From the human T2T-CHM13v2.0 reference genome, Homo sapiens: a stretch of DNA of 64,000 nucleotides. The notes under the pieces are model-generated. The model was not told the DNA's origin, ran no database searches, and was given only the letters and a program-made list of their open reading frames with translations. Position 1 is the stretch's first letter; every line of letters starts with the position of its first letter. The translations under genes were made by a program, and so were the position numbers. Positions 63,127 through 64,000 of this stretch are shown piece by piece. Location of the stretch: NCBI RefSeq assembly GCF_009914755.1, contig NC_060932.1. One strand, written 5' to 3'.

Positions 63127-63466
63127 AGGTTTCTTAATTCTTGATTCAATTTCTGTTTTCTGATAATTTGGAATTCTGTAAGTAACTTTTTAAAATGTGG
63201 GGTATTCTCTTCCTTTTCTGCTAACTATACTTTGAGTTTCCAATACTGTAATAAAAAGGGAATAATTAAGAGGTTAAAAAAGTACTAATAATTGAGAAAA
63301 TGAACACTTCTGTATATATATATAATAGCCTTTATATATATAGCTGTGTGTGTGTATAGTCTTTTAATGTAAAGCTTATCTGTAATTTTTCTGATTATAA
63401 GGAAGAGTCATTTTTAAGATTGTCCTAGTGTGTTGTCTCTTACTGTTATTTTTGTATTTTTATTAA

Positions 63467-63565
<99 letters not shown>

Positions 63566-64000
63566 TAATATAGCACTCTTTATGCATTTGTAATTATATT
63601 TTATCACACATGTGGTTTTTAAATTTATTTAGTACAGCGTAATTTGATTCTTTCATTCTGCATATATTCAATTTCTTTACATTTCCTTATATAAATAATG
63701 AATGTTCAGTCAATGAGATTAGATAATCTGTAGGGCTTCCTCAAGAGACTGTCAAGCATTGGCATGAGTTACTGAGAGAAGTTGCAAAATTTGGTCAGTT
63801 GTCAGTCCTTCTTTGTAATTTTTTTAAGGAAAGAAAGGTAGTATTTAGGACAGTTTATATGTATGGTTCTCCATGGATAGTGATCTAAACTATGTTATTT
63901 CATAAGATTTAATGACTTAAATATTAAATGACTTAAAGGCCCAAATGATTTAATGACTTAAAGGCCCAAAACTATGATCTACAAAGATTGCCATGAGTGA

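Noticed and set aside
61801-63149. 306-aa and other ORFs
   Set aside because: Same SVA artefact.

Overview
Human genomic DNA covering the 5' part of the NEDD4-family HECT E3 ligase gene WWP1 on the + strand. It holds an L2-derived 93-nt 5'UTR exon and eight coding exons (codons 1-386: C2 domain, Ser/Thr/Pro-rich linker, first WW domain). The introns are dense with Alu, L1M, L2/MIR, MaLR/ERV1 LTR and hAT/Tigger relics, plus two full-length antisense SVAs. Most notable finding: a decayed retrocopy of the dual-output gene C15orf48 (NMES1)/miR-147b, antisense in intron 2, whose ORF is dead but whose miR-147-like hairpin core is intact. Also noted: an SVA carrying a 3' transduction, a young AluYg6 nested in an older Alu, several locally templated insertions with fold-back junctions (including a 105-bp non-Alu inverted repeat), a uORF in the L2-derived exon, and a candidate poison exon/recursive splice site. 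Gene, protein, miRNA and repeat identities are from recall of reference sequences, not database searches. Exon numbering assumes exon 1 lies upstream, and repeat boundaries are approximate.
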